A DNA stretch of 38,473 nt from NCBI RefSeq assembly GCF_006345805.1, contig NW_021835473.1, forward strand, positions 1-38,473. The letters run 5' to 3'. The position numbers and the translations under genes are program-made. The stretch's first letter is position 1; each line of letters begins with the position of its first letter. This DNA is from Octopus sinensis (taxonomy: Eukaryota). Of the stretch, positions 1-9,929 are shown in pieces. The notes below the pieces were generated by a model. It worked only from the letters and a program-made list of their open reading frames with translations, was not told the origin of the DNA and ran no database searches.

Positions 1-423
1 GAAGACGCTGTCATCGATATGGGTGGCTCTGCTTTAACAGAGTACGGCCTTCCACCACCCGCATGTGAACACGCCAATGTTATGTCTGTTGAGTTGTTAC
101 GCGAAACTTCCTACTGCATTGAGGAACTTCACCAGTACGTCAAAGATAATGAACCACGACTGCTTCCAGACCAGCGCATAGCCTACAACACCATCGTAGA
201 CTCTGTCAGACAGCAATGTGGGGGGATTTACTTCCTTGACGCACCTGGCGGTACTGGCAAAACCTTCGTCACGAAACTAATTCTGGCGGAGGTCAGACGC
301 AACACGGACATTGCCCTTGCTGTAGCTTCCCCTGGTATCGCGGCCACGTTGCTTCCGGGTGGCAGAACCGCCCACTCTACCTTCAGACTCACGCTCGATC
401 TGGCAAAGTCCGAGTCACCTATC
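1..423 (+). mobile_element. Helitron RepHel fragment (PIF1-like helicase N-terminal motifs); begins before the window and is truncated at a TA/TG microsatellite
   Basis: Frame 1 reads LLPDQRIAYNTIVDSV..GGIYFLDAPGGTGKTFVTKLILAEVR..IALAVASPGIAATLLPGGRTAHSTFRL, containing Walker A and the PIF1/Helitron motifs. The rest of ORF 19-603 is microsatellite and SINE read-through. Confidence 0.85.
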
Positions 424-461
<38 letters not shown>

Positions 462-462
462 T

Positions 463-849
463 AGGCGCAGGAGTGGCTGTGTGGTAAGTAGCTTGTTTAC
501 CAACCACATGGTTCCTGGTACAGTCCCACTGCGTGGCATCTTGGGCAAGTGTCTTCTACTATTGCCTCGGGCCGACCAAAGCCATGTGAGTGGATTTGTT
601 TGATGGAAACTGAAAGAAGCCCGTCGTATATATTTATATATATATATGAGTGTGTGTCTGTGTTTGTCCCCCTAGCATTGCTTGACAACCGATGTTTATG
701 TCCCCGTTACTTAGCGGTTCGGCAAAACAGACCGATAGAATAAGTACTAAGCTTACAAAAGAAAAAGTCCTGGGATCGAGTTGCTCGATTAAAGGCGGTG
801 CTCCAGCTTGGCCGCAGCCAAATGACTGAAACAAGTAAAAGAGTAAAAG
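463..849 (+). mobile_element. tRNA-derived SINE, family A (CORE-like, with an internal TA/TG microsatellite)
   Basis: Begins AGGCGCAGGAGTGGCTGTGTGGTAAG, contains a CTTGGGCAAGT core and ends AAACAAGTAAAAGAGTAAAAG. At least 7 near-full copies are present in the window. Confidence 0.85.
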
Positions 850-867
850 GATATATATATATATATA

Positions 868-1247
868 CACTACCGTCAGAAATTAATTAGCACCCTTGAT
901 TTGCTCTTCACTCAAGGTATGTGCTGTCACCTAGTGGCCATATCTCGAACTATTGCTTTGTTGCGAGTTCACTGTTGCGCAGAACGATGACGTAACTTTG
1001 TTTGCAGAGCAGTTTGAGAGTCTACAGCCTTATGATGTTGACATAGCAGTGCAACAACAACTTGGAGTGCGGATGCAGACAAATCTTCCTTTGTTTAATA
1101 GATATAGGTAGCGCCTCGCAAGGACCGAAATCACACCATACTAAGTTTTCTCATCGCGTAAGACGTTTTGAACAGCTCATAGGTTAGTTGATTTAACCTA
1201 TTTAATGTAGAAATTTGAGAAGTGCTAATTAATTTCTGACGCAAGTG
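868..1247. mobile_element. Tc1/mariner-type MITE, 380 bp
   Basis: 26-bp TIRs: CACTACCGTCAGAAATTAATTAGCAC (868-893) and GTGCTAATTAATTTCTGACGCAAGTG (1222-1247), 2 mismatches. Flanked by TA on both sides; no ORF. Confidence 0.85.
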
Positions 1248-1330
1248 TATATATATATATATTTGTAAAAAATGAAGTTCGAAAATGCTGCTGTATTATA
1301 CAATTTTTAATTTTTATATATATACATTAT

Positions 1331-1364
1331 AACATGTTTCAGTTCCTGAAATGAACTTTATCAA
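1331..1364 (-). ncRNA. Degenerate minimal hammerhead-ribozyme-like motif
   Basis: Minus strand TTGATAA-AGTTC-ATTTCAG-GAACT-GAAAC-ATGTT: perfect 5-bp stem II, GAAAC and palindromic ACATGT stem III. The CTGANGA core has 2 mismatches and stem I is not evident. Confidence 0.35.
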
Positions 1365-1684
1365 AAAAAGTTATATATAAAAAAAGACAGCTCATGCCGT
1401 CAAACACAAGAAATTCATTTATAATACACAACGGAGTCAGACATCTTAGAGTTCATGTATAGTTGATATATAGTTTGAAGTATATGTTCAAAGTGTTCGA
1501 TGCAGTGGCCCACGGTGGCGATACGTATTCAATACAAAAAACAGATCAAAGTGGTGGAAAGCGGTCAATACAGAAGATTGATGTTTCCGAAAGAGCGAGG
1601 AATTCATTTTTACCTTAAGCAAATGTGATGACCCATGGTGGATGTTCGCTGGGTGGTTCTAATGAGTTTTTGTGAAGTGTTCGG

Positions 1685-2149
1685 TTTTATAATGCCTGTT
1701 AAGTGGTCAATTCAGCGTAGCGTGACGTCATCAACGTTTTGACCAATCGTTTCGTTAGGTGGCTTTAGTCAAGTAGAACGGGACGTCATCATTATTTTGA
1801 CCAATCGCTGCATTATAACTGCCTCTTGTTTGTTTTCCTGTTTTGACCAGTCGCTTCGTTAGTCAAGTAGAACGGGACGTCATCATTATTTTGACCAATC
1901 GCTGCATTATAACTGCCTCTTGTTTGTTTCCTGTCCTGACCAGTCGCTTCGTTAGTCAAGCAGAACGGGACGTCATGCAGATTCTGCCCAATCACGACTT
2001 ATAGCTACATTAGATCTGCCCCCTGTCTGTACTTGTTAGGTGACTATTCAAGCAGAAAAGGACGTCATCAATATTCTGACTAATGACTGTCCCCTGTTTG
2101 TATCCTGTCCATTCTAGCTGAGCTAGACGTCATCAACTTGTTGACCAAT
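1685..2149 (-). promoter_or_regulatory. Array of six CRE-like/CCAAT composite modules followed by a TATA box (minus-strand Pol II promoter candidate)
   Basis: GACGTCA at 1724, 1782, 1876, 1969, 2061 and 2126, each followed exactly 12 nt later by CCAAT (CTAAT in one copy). Minus-strand TATAAAA at 1691-1685. Confidence 0.6.
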
Positions 2150-2319
2150 CAGAATCGGGTCTGACCCTTAGCTGTATCGTATGTATCAGGGTCAGATTTG
2201 CACGAAAGAATTTTTTTCCCTTTTTTACTTAGGTATATTTCCGTCAGAGTGAGTGTCTGTTTGAAGTAGCGGCCGTGGTGGAATTTTGCTTCTCCTTTTC
2301 GGAGGACTTATCTTTTGTT

Positions 2320-2511
2320 TTAGTATTCCTGGCCCAGGGTGTTTAAACTTGGTCTAAATTTTTTTATGAAATATAGTTCTTTATTTTGGCGTTGTGTGAA
2401 GGTTGCGTTGTCACTGAATTTATAGAGCGGGTTAGTTGTAAATTTCGGATTTACATTTCCAGCACATCTATCTATGTGTCCACTGACCGGTATTTTGCGG
2501 TAATCAGGGAT
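2320..2511 (-). pseudogene. GIY-YIG (Uri) endonuclease C-terminal fragment of a Penelope-like element
   Basis: IPDYRKIPVSGHIDRCAGNVNPKFTTNPLYKFSDNATFTQRQNKELYFIKKFRPSLN matches the PLE pattern H...C...P(F/L)YK...R..KE..FI.K..P.LN. The 5' part is replaced by a GAT microsatellite. Confidence 0.75.
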
Positions 2512-2587
2512 GACGATGACGATGATGATGACGACGATGACGACGACGATGATGATGATGATGATGACGATGATGATGACGACGACG

Positions 2588-2630
<43 letters not shown>

Positions 2631-2720
2631 CGACAACGACGACCACGACCACGACGGCGGAGACGGCCACGACGACGACGACGACCATGACCACGACGAC
2701 GGCGGAGACGGCGGCGGTGG
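2509..2720. repeat. Compound (GAT)n/(GAC)n/(GGC)n trinucleotide microsatellite
   Basis: Read directly; gives rise to the poly-D, poly-S, poly-I and poly-M ORFs. Confidence 0.95.
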
Positions 2721-2894
2721 TCGTCTGCCTTTTAATGGAGAATCAATGATTATGAAAGTCTCTGCTTTCGGACCAGACATTCCTATACATACATGCATGC
2801 GTATATATATATATATATACATATATATACATGCGTATATACACACACACAAACATACATATTTATAGCCTTATTTCTATACATACATTCCTAA

Positions 2895-2928
<34 letters not shown>

Positions 2929-3134
2929 ACACATGTACATATACTGTATATAAATATATACACACGCACAAAGAGAGAGTGTTGAGGAATGTTACAACAA
3001 TAAGTGTCAGTGTGTAGAATGCAATGTATGCGATGCAGGTTCGATTCCCGGGCGAAGCCATTTACAACAACAGCAACAATAATAATAATAATAATAAGAA
3101 GAAGAAGATTGAAGTTTAATATTTCTGGAAATAT

Positions 3135-6100
3135 TTATTTGTCAAAATAAAAGAAAGCAAAAGATTGACGTCCAGGAATAATTCCAAAAACCATCAAAGA
3201 ATTGTCTGCAACATCCAAACCAAGAACTTCAAAGACTTCATTATCATCCTCACTGAGGAGTAAATATTTTGGATTATCTTTTAAATACAGGATTTCATCA
3301 TCTTCAAATGTTTCCTCTTCAATATGTCGAGGTATTTCGTAAATATTGTTTCTTGTATCTGTTATATAAACACATTCACCAATTATGGTCAGACGAGATC
3401 TTAGAATAAAATCTACCTGATCATGAAACAATCCTCCTTCTATTTTTATCCTCCACACAAAAGACTTTTCCCTGAAACATTCCAAAAAATACGAAACTTC
3501 CCAAATTATAGAAGCCTTCTCCTTCATCTCCCTCCTCAAAACAAAAACATCATCAAAAGATGTGACTCCCACACCATCCACCAACCCTTCATCTCCCTCA
3601 AACCTTCCCCCTCTCCTCATCTCCCCACGACACACTTCATCTTTACATTTCCCATCTTTGATATCAACCACATCCACATAATAAGGGTCAAAGATGTCGG
3701 GGTCTTTGCAAAAATAGTAATACTTGTTGTTTTTCCTTATTCTTTGGTATTTCTTGTGTCTCTCTTCTTGAGTTATGTCTCTAATATAATGACCACCACA
3801 CACGAGTTGATTGTCGTTGTATTTATAAATCCTGTTGTAGTATTTCTCAGTTCTGATGGTTTTTAAACGATGGAGATCCCTGTTGAAGACCCTCATTTCT
3901 CTCCCAAAGGCGACAATGAAACATTCCTCTGTCCACCGACATATGTCCAGTGCTGGTCGTTGTTGTTGTTCATGTTGAAGTATGTCCACTGTTGTTGTTG
4001 TTGTTCTGATTAATGTGACACTTTCTCGAAACATCAACACACTCACATTCTCATCTAACTTAATTAGTTTACTGTTCCGGTCCCTAATGTCCCACAAATT
4101 GTAATCAACAGGTTCCTCGAATGCAGGAATGGAAAAAGGGACCATTGCTGTCCTATATGGAAGTCTCCTCACTGATATTTCATCAATTCCTGAATTATTA
4201 ATCTCCGCTATGTAATTACCACATCTCACCTTTAATCTACTTTTACCAATTATTTCACCTGATTTACCTCTTCTTCTTCCTCCTCCATCTCCATCTCCTC
4301 CTCTGTATTCCAATTTATTAATTAATTCATTACTGAATATTTCCTTGTTCGTTTCAGATGTAATGGAAGGGAAACGAAGACCAGAATCAAGATTTAATGA
4401 CGACACAGATTCCAGAATGTTCACTTGGTCCCCATCAATCTTTATGCAATGACATTCAATCAATTCATTATGTACACACCAGTAAATACCCGCCACTTTT
4501 CTCCATATTACACCATAAGGGATGAGACTCGACCAAACTTGAGATGTCTGCAAATCTTCTCCATTCAGTTGAAATATTTCTTTCCTTTTAGGAACCGTGG
4601 CCATTATGTGTGATTCTTGTGTAAAACACACACCACCAACTAAACTTGCAACATTTCTGTGACATAGCAACTGGCCGTCTTCATCGAATATTTTAACATT
4701 TCCATTATTGGCTTTTTCACACACAACTGTCTTTCCTTCCTCAGAGACATCAAAATCTTTCACTTGAACAGGACATTCGTCTGTTTGTAAACGAGCAACC
4801 GGGAAGCTGTCTCGATTCACCATAAACAACCCTTCAACATACAATTCATTCTCTCTCCATTTGGGGCTTCCAACAAACCTTGGTCCTTTACAGTCTATAC
4901 TAGAGAATCGTACTTGATCTTTATAAATTCTTTTATTTAAAAATATTCTCTTGTATTCCCCATTCTGGGTCAAACACAAAATGTTTCGATATTCAGGGTA
5001 AACAAAATATTTCTCCCACCGACCATGAATGTACAAAAAACTGTCATCGATTGTCATCGTGTCAACACCAAAATAATCCTCCATGTAGTGTCTGACTGAA
5101 TGTAAATATTGACCACCTCTGTTGAAGAAAATGATGAATCTCCTGTTGAAGACAATGATGACATCTTCATCAGTAACTTTAATATCCTGGATTCCATCAG
5201 AATACTTTCCATCTCTGCCTCTCCTTATTAATGGTTCAGGTATGTCTATTTTTTTTATTTCCTTCACACTCAAATGTATTTCATCAATATCAACAAAATG
5301 CAAATGTCTTACATCTCCCTCTTCACTCAAAACCAGTTGATTATTTGATAAAGAAGCCACACAATAATATTTATTTCTCGTTTGGTAAATTACCAACGAC
5401 AATGGAAACTCCACTTTTAACGTCAACAGTTGGTGTTTATTATAATCAAAACAATCCCTCATCGTAATGACCAGTGTGTTTGACTGCCATCGACACATTT
5501 TAATACAATCATAAAGATTCACTTTGATTGAATCCATAAGGTGAACATCCAATGTGAATATCTTAATGTTTCCATTCTTCCAGTCATATCCTGCAATCAG
5601 ATTATTTTCAGTAAGAACCAAACGATGAATCCCCGCTGGTCTTTTGTCTCCCAAATGTTCAGGGAGAGGAATATGTCTGGCTTTATCAGAAACCGTCAGG
5701 TCCTGTAGATATAAAGTGGAAGACAACATTTCACTGAGAGAAATGTGTCTGGAAAATACATCCACCAGGTCGATATAATAATTAAGTTGATTATTAGTAA
5801 CGAGATCATTAACCAACAAATTCTGATCGTTTATGGCAAACATACGGCTTCTGTCTATCAGATAAACAGACGTTTGGTCAATAGACCCACCTTGGAGACT
5901 GAGGGGACGTTTCCCTGGGGACATTAAAACACTGGGGACCATCTTAATACTACAATCATAGCGATATCTAGTTTTACCACCATGAAGACGACGACGATGA
6001 TGACCACCACCACGATTGAGCCTGAAGAAAGCTTTTATTTTAGACATTAAAACACTGAGTTTCCTCTTAATACTATCATCACTCCTACTAATACTACCAT

Positions 6101-8753
6101 CACCACTACTAATACTACCATCACCACTACTAATACTACCATCACTTCCACCACTCTGACGATGTGCACTGCCATGACCACCACCACCTATTCTAGTGTT
6201 GTACTGAAAAGCTTTTCCCCTAGAAACAATTAATAGCTTTTCTGTTTTCTTGTCTATTGATAATGATTTCACAAACACAGGGATATTAATTGTCTTAATT
6301 ACTTCGACTTGATTATAATAATTGATGGCTAAAATATCTAAATGTGATGGTTTATCACAATAACAAACAATTTCACGTTCACCCATCTTACACACCCGTA
6401 CATAAGGCTGCCTTAATGATATACTTCTCACTCTCTTTGATAGGTTTCCAATGACCCTTAATTGTTTCTGTAGGGGTAATGTGACACCTATATGATTAGA
6501 ATCCCATCGACATATATCTGTGGCTGTAGACGGCAGAGATAATCTGGACACAATGTCTCCTTCCTCAGAAATGTACAACAAGCAATCATGGTTGATGTCA
6601 GACACCACCAACTGTCCATTGGACAGATTACATATTTCACCAATGACAAGTTTTTGGTCATTCTCCTTTTCTTTCAGTCGTAGATTTAGATTTCTGATAT
6701 AAGGATTTTTCGTGGGTAAACGACAGCCAGACGACCGGTCTTGATACTTGTAAAGAAGAACCCTGTTGAGTTGAGTGTCCGGGACATAAAGAGTTCCTTG
6801 GAAAACAGCAATGTGAGGGTGAACAGGGAAAGGCAGTTCCCACTGCCATTTCATTTGTCCATATAGATCGTAACATCTGAGAATAGAGTGTCTCCTGAAG
6901 AGGACATAGAAATAAACATTATCAGAGTAGATGTGATGAGGGTAGCCATAGAATGGAAGGTATTTTTGAAAAAGTTCTTCACCACATGTGGAATAAAATA
7001 CCATTTTATTTTCGTTTCCATCTACGACTACAAAATTAATTGGAGTTGCAGCAATGCTGACATTATGATGTCCCAGAGAAATTCTTTCTGCAATGTCAAC
7101 TTTATCTTTGTTGATCAATAGAATATGGACCTCGCTTTTGTTTCCACTTGTGGTTAGAGCTAAACACTTATTTGATACAACATCACATAGTTTAATGTAA
7201 TCAGTATGGACTTTCATTAAAGGGCCTTTCATTAGCCCAGGGCATGTGATACACTGAAATTCTTTGTTTTCACGGTAAAACACCAGAAATCCTTTAGAAT
7301 TCATTCTACAAAAGCAAGAAGGAATCTCAAGGAAAGTTGAATTATTTTGGTTAATTATTTCTCCAGTCTCAGTGAATAATATAGCTTTATTATTCCTGTA
7401 GAATATTAATATAGAAGATGTAGACATAGGTAGAGTATTAGTAACGTTGTAGCAATCCTCAATATAAATATAGTTGTTCAATTTTGGGGTCCATAGCTGG
7501 GGGTTATATGACTGCCTGGGCCAAAAGTCTTCATTTGTTCCAATGATATGAAGGACATCAAAATAATCGGTTACAAAAATGTTTTCTTTGCCAACAGAAA
7601 TATGGCGGCATTTCATGCCAATTTCTCTTGTTGTCACAGCACCTGTACCTGATATCTGATAAATAATATGTCCCTGGAGGACATAAAAATGGTTTTGGTA
7701 TACAGCGATGTGGCTTGGAATGTCCAGGGAATTGGTATCCACCTCAAATAACTGCTGGCCATCCACATTGTAACAGGTAACCCTGTTAATATTGGAAAAG
7801 GATACTAAGAGTTTGTTTTGTGCTCCTACAGCAATATCTGAAGGGGTTTCTTTGGTTATGAATTCGTATTTTATTCTATTCTCTTCCCAGTCAATGACGT
7901 ATATGGTCTGACCAAACATTTCTATACCTATAAGCGTAGAATGTTCCAAATAAGAAACCAAGATTAATCCTAGCTGAATTCTTTTGATTTTAAAACTTAA
8001 AGGGTTGATAATAAGAATCATCTTTCGAAATGGGAGTGTGGCCAGGACTGTGTCTTCACTGATTCTAGTAAAATCAGTGACAGAAGATGAGCAATGAACT
8101 TCATTTCTGTTGCCGTCTCTTGTTATACAACATATTGTCATACAGTGGCGGGAATATGTTACAATACCCCCTTGCATGACGACAATATTGGATATTGGGT
8201 TGCTTAAGTCTTCACCAGATTCTTCAATCTCTACTTCTCTGGTCACAACTGGCCGAAGGGGACGAAATTTTGTGATTACTTTTGGTGGTTCAATGGTCTT
8301 GTGGTTGTATGGGTTACAGGTGACATAAATGTCGAAGAGTCTTTGTTGAAACCAATCAAGGTTTTGGTGAACAAAATCATTATTTTGTTTTGCAAATTCC
8401 AGAAATCTTGGCATTTTACGTTTGATATTACGTAAAATACGAGATCCATTTAAACCCAGAGAGTGCATGTGATTACATTTATCCCTTACATAATCTATAA
8501 ACGTATTGATGTGGTCTGTTTTGATTAGTGTTCGGTAACATGTCACAATATGAAGAAAACTTGGTAACATGGACTTTTCCTGTTCTTTAGATTTCTTTGT
8601 GTCTTTTCTTTCCTGTTCTTCTGTTTTCTTTGTGTTTTGTGTATGTAATATTTGGGTAAGAATTGGTGTAGTTTCCTTATAAATTGCTGTTGTATCACAG
8701 ACTGTGGCAGGAATGAGAGCCAACCTTTTGTTTTCTTCATTAATCTTCTCCAT
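3135..8753 (-). CDS. Intronless 1872-aa protein with an N-terminal charged/helical region and about six tandem NHL-like six-bladed beta-propellers
   Basis: 5.6-kb open frame in AT-rich DNA. Repeated blade motifs (TPSDIAVG, IPSHIAVYQ, VIGEICNLSNGQLVVSDINHDCLLY, TATDICRWDSNHIGVTLP, VKDFDVSEEGKTVVCE, ALDICRW) resemble molluscan TRIM/B-box C-terminal NHL domains. In-frame TAA 6 codons upstream of the ATG; ATTAAA at 3120-3115 downstream. No signal peptide or TM segment seen. Confidence 0.85.
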   Translation of the reverse strand: MEKINEENKRLALIPATVCDTTAIYKETTPILTQILHTQNTKKTEEQERKDTKKSKEQEKSMLPSFLHIVTCYRTLIKTDHINTFIDYVRDKCNHMHSLGLNGSRILRNIKRKMPRFLEFAKQNNDFVHQNLDWFQQRLFDIYVTCNPYNHKTIEPPKVITKFRPLRPVVTREVEIEESGEDLSNPISNIVVMQGGIVTYSRHCMTICCITRDGNRNEVHCSSSVTDFTRISEDTVLATLPFRKMILIINPLSFKIKRIQLGLILVSYLEHSTLIGIEMFGQTIYVIDWEENRIKYEFITKETPSDIAVGAQNKLLVSFSNINRVTCYNVDGQQLFEVDTNSLDIPSHIAVYQNHFYVLQGHIIYQISGTGAVTTREIGMKCRHISVGKENIFVTDYFDVLHIIGTNEDFWPRQSYNPQLWTPKLNNYIYIEDCYNVTNTLPMSTSSILIFYRNNKAILFTETGEIINQNNSTFLEIPSCFCRMNSKGFLVFYRENKEFQCITCPGLMKGPLMKVHTDYIKLCDVVSNKCLALTTSGNKSEVHILLINKDKVDIAERISLGHHNVSIAATPINFVVVDGNENKMVFYSTCGEELFQKYLPFYGYPHHIYSDNVYFYVLFRRHSILRCYDLYGQMKWQWELPFPVHPHIAVFQGTLYVPDTQLNRVLLYKYQDRSSGCRLPTKNPYIRNLNLRLKEKENDQKLVIGEICNLSNGQLVVSDINHDCLLYISEEGDIVSRLSLPSTATDICRWDSNHIGVTLPLQKQLRVIGNLSKRVRSISLRQPYVRVCKMGEREIVCYCDKPSHLDILAINYYNQVEVIKTINIPVFVKSLSIDKKTEKLLIVSRGKAFQYNTRIGGGGHGSAHRQSGGSDGSISSGDGSISSGDGSISRSDDSIKRKLSVLMSKIKAFFRLNRGGGHHRRRLHGGKTRYRYDCSIKMVPSVLMSPGKRPLSLQGGSIDQTSVYLIDRSRMFAINDQNLLVNDLVTNNQLNYYIDLVDVFSRHISLSEMLSSTLYLQDLTVSDKARHIPLPEHLGDKRPAGIHRLVLTENNLIAGYDWKNGNIKIFTLDVHLMDSIKVNLYDCIKMCRWQSNTLVITMRDCFDYNKHQLLTLKVEFPLSLVIYQTRNKYYCVASLSNNQLVLSEEGDVRHLHFVDIDEIHLSVKEIKKIDIPEPLIRRGRDGKYSDGIQDIKVTDEDVIIVFNRRFIIFFNRGGQYLHSVRHYMEDYFGVDTMTIDDSFLYIHGRWEKYFVYPEYRNILCLTQNGEYKRIFLNKRIYKDQVRFSSIDCKGPRFVGSPKWRENELYVEGLFMVNRDSFPVARLQTDECPVQVKDFDVSEEGKTVVCEKANNGNVKIFDEDGQLLCHRNVASLVGGVCFTQESHIMATVPKRKEIFQLNGEDLQTSQVWSSLIPYGVIWRKVAGIYWCVHNELIECHCIKIDGDQVNILESVSSLNLDSGLRFPSITSETNKEIFSNELINKLEYRGGDGDGGGRRRGKSGEIIGKSRLKVRCGNYIAEINNSGIDEISVRRLPYRTAMVPFSIPAFEEPVDYNLWDIRDRNSKLIKLDENVSVLMFRESVTLIRTTTTTVDILQHEQQQRPALDICRWTEECFIVAFGREMRVFNRDLHRLKTIRTEKYYNRIYKYNDNQLVCGGHYIRDITQEERHKKYQRIRKNNKYYYFCKDPDIFDPYYVDVVDIKDGKCKDEVCRGEMRRGGRFEGDEGLVDGVGVTSFDDVFVLRREMKEKASIIWEVSYFLECFREKSFVWRIKIEGGLFHDQVDFILRSRLTIIGECVYITDTRNNIYEIPRHIEEETFEDDEILYLKDNPKYLLLSEDDNEVFEVLGLDVADNSLMVFGIIPGRQSFAFFYFDK
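6066..6149 (-). repeat. In-frame 21-bp tandem repeat (4 units) encoding GSISSGD-type repeats
   Basis: Unit ACTAATACTACCATCACCACT at 6087, 6108 and 6129, with a degenerate unit at 6066. Confidence 0.9.
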
Positions 8754-9929
8754 TTTATGAATATAGAATTATTATCTTTTTCTGTTAAATATATTCTTTT
8801 CTGTGGATTTTGTTTTCTTCCTTTCGAATACAATTTATCTCTTCAAAATTCACTAATTTTTACAGCAAAGCTGAAATTAAATGAAAACTGTTTTAGTTTT
8901 ATAAAAAGCATTTGATAAAATAATATTTAGTTGATTGATTCAAACAATTTCAAGGAAAACACACATTTCATTAAATATATCGAACACATTGTTTATTTGA
9001 CAGTGAAGATAAACATTTAAACTATTTTCAAAGGAATAATCATTAGAAATAAAACTTGAAGATATAAATGCACCATTATCTTTATTGACTGAATATAAGC
9101 GATGGTGAAAAGTTTTGGAGTAAGACGGAAGTATTTTCTTGAGGTTATTTCTACAGATATTATCGATAGAAATTATAGCCAGGACTGATTTCCTGCTACA
9201 ACATTTCATATTGAAATGTCAGATGGAAAGAATGAGATCAAAGACAAAAACATCTGTTGTTTGTTTACATCTGATGTCTCGATACGAAACATTTTAGCAA
9301 AAAATCAGAGCCGGCTATAATTTCTATGGAATATCTGTAGAATAATGTGAAAAACACTGCTAACACAGTAGAATGTGGTATTGTCTTATAAAACGATTTA
9401 ATATAATTTACAGTAGTTTATAACAAAATACCACGTCCCTACCAATCAGGAATATAAGTATTACTAATAATCATATGCACTGGAAATGATGTGACAGTCA
9501 TGGTTGGCTTGGTTTCCATCATATTTACCTGGATTAAGAGATAGCTGGAGATGAAACTGTTCTTAACCTGACAAATGCTGTAAATCTCTCGACATTTCAA
9601 TATAATCCACACAATTATCATACACAACATTGATTAACTCGGAAAGCTTATCCAAAGATGGGCTTTCATATAATCACACTGATAGACAGCATGTTGAGAG
9701 GATCGTTATTATTTGTTGCTGATTGAGATCATAAAGATTGGTTAATGAATAAGCCCAATTAATGAAAGGTAGGTTCATCTTAATTATCTTTAATATAAGG
9801 GACAATGTTTGGGTAGCAATGAGAAAGATGTGTTTGTATGAAAAAGGGGTTTGGCAGGTGAAGTGTGTTTTGTTTTGTGTTAGGTGAGGAGTTATAACTT
9901 GGTGTAGTTTATTATGAAGTATTGGGGGT

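Larger units (their letters stand above)
1331..2511 (-). mobile_element. Penelope-like element 3' remnant (endonuclease C-terminus plus putative 3' UTR/pLTR)
   Basis: GIY-YIG C-terminal peptide at 2320-2511, followed on the same strand by a promoter-like repeat array, a TATA box and a hammerhead-like motif. The 3' boundary is uncertain. Confidence 0.65.

Noticed and set aside
2320-2868. Poly-D, poly-S, poly-I and poly-M ORFs
   Set aside because: Translations of the GAT/GAC microsatellite; only the 2320-2511 GIY-YIG part is meaningful.
3005-3060. tRNA-like GGTTCGATTCCCGGG
   Set aside because: Only a B-box; no cloverleaf can be built. Probably a SINE or tRNA relic.
3423-8328. Short plus-strand ORFs antisense to the propeller gene
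   Set aside because: Shadow ORFs with no recognisable motifs.
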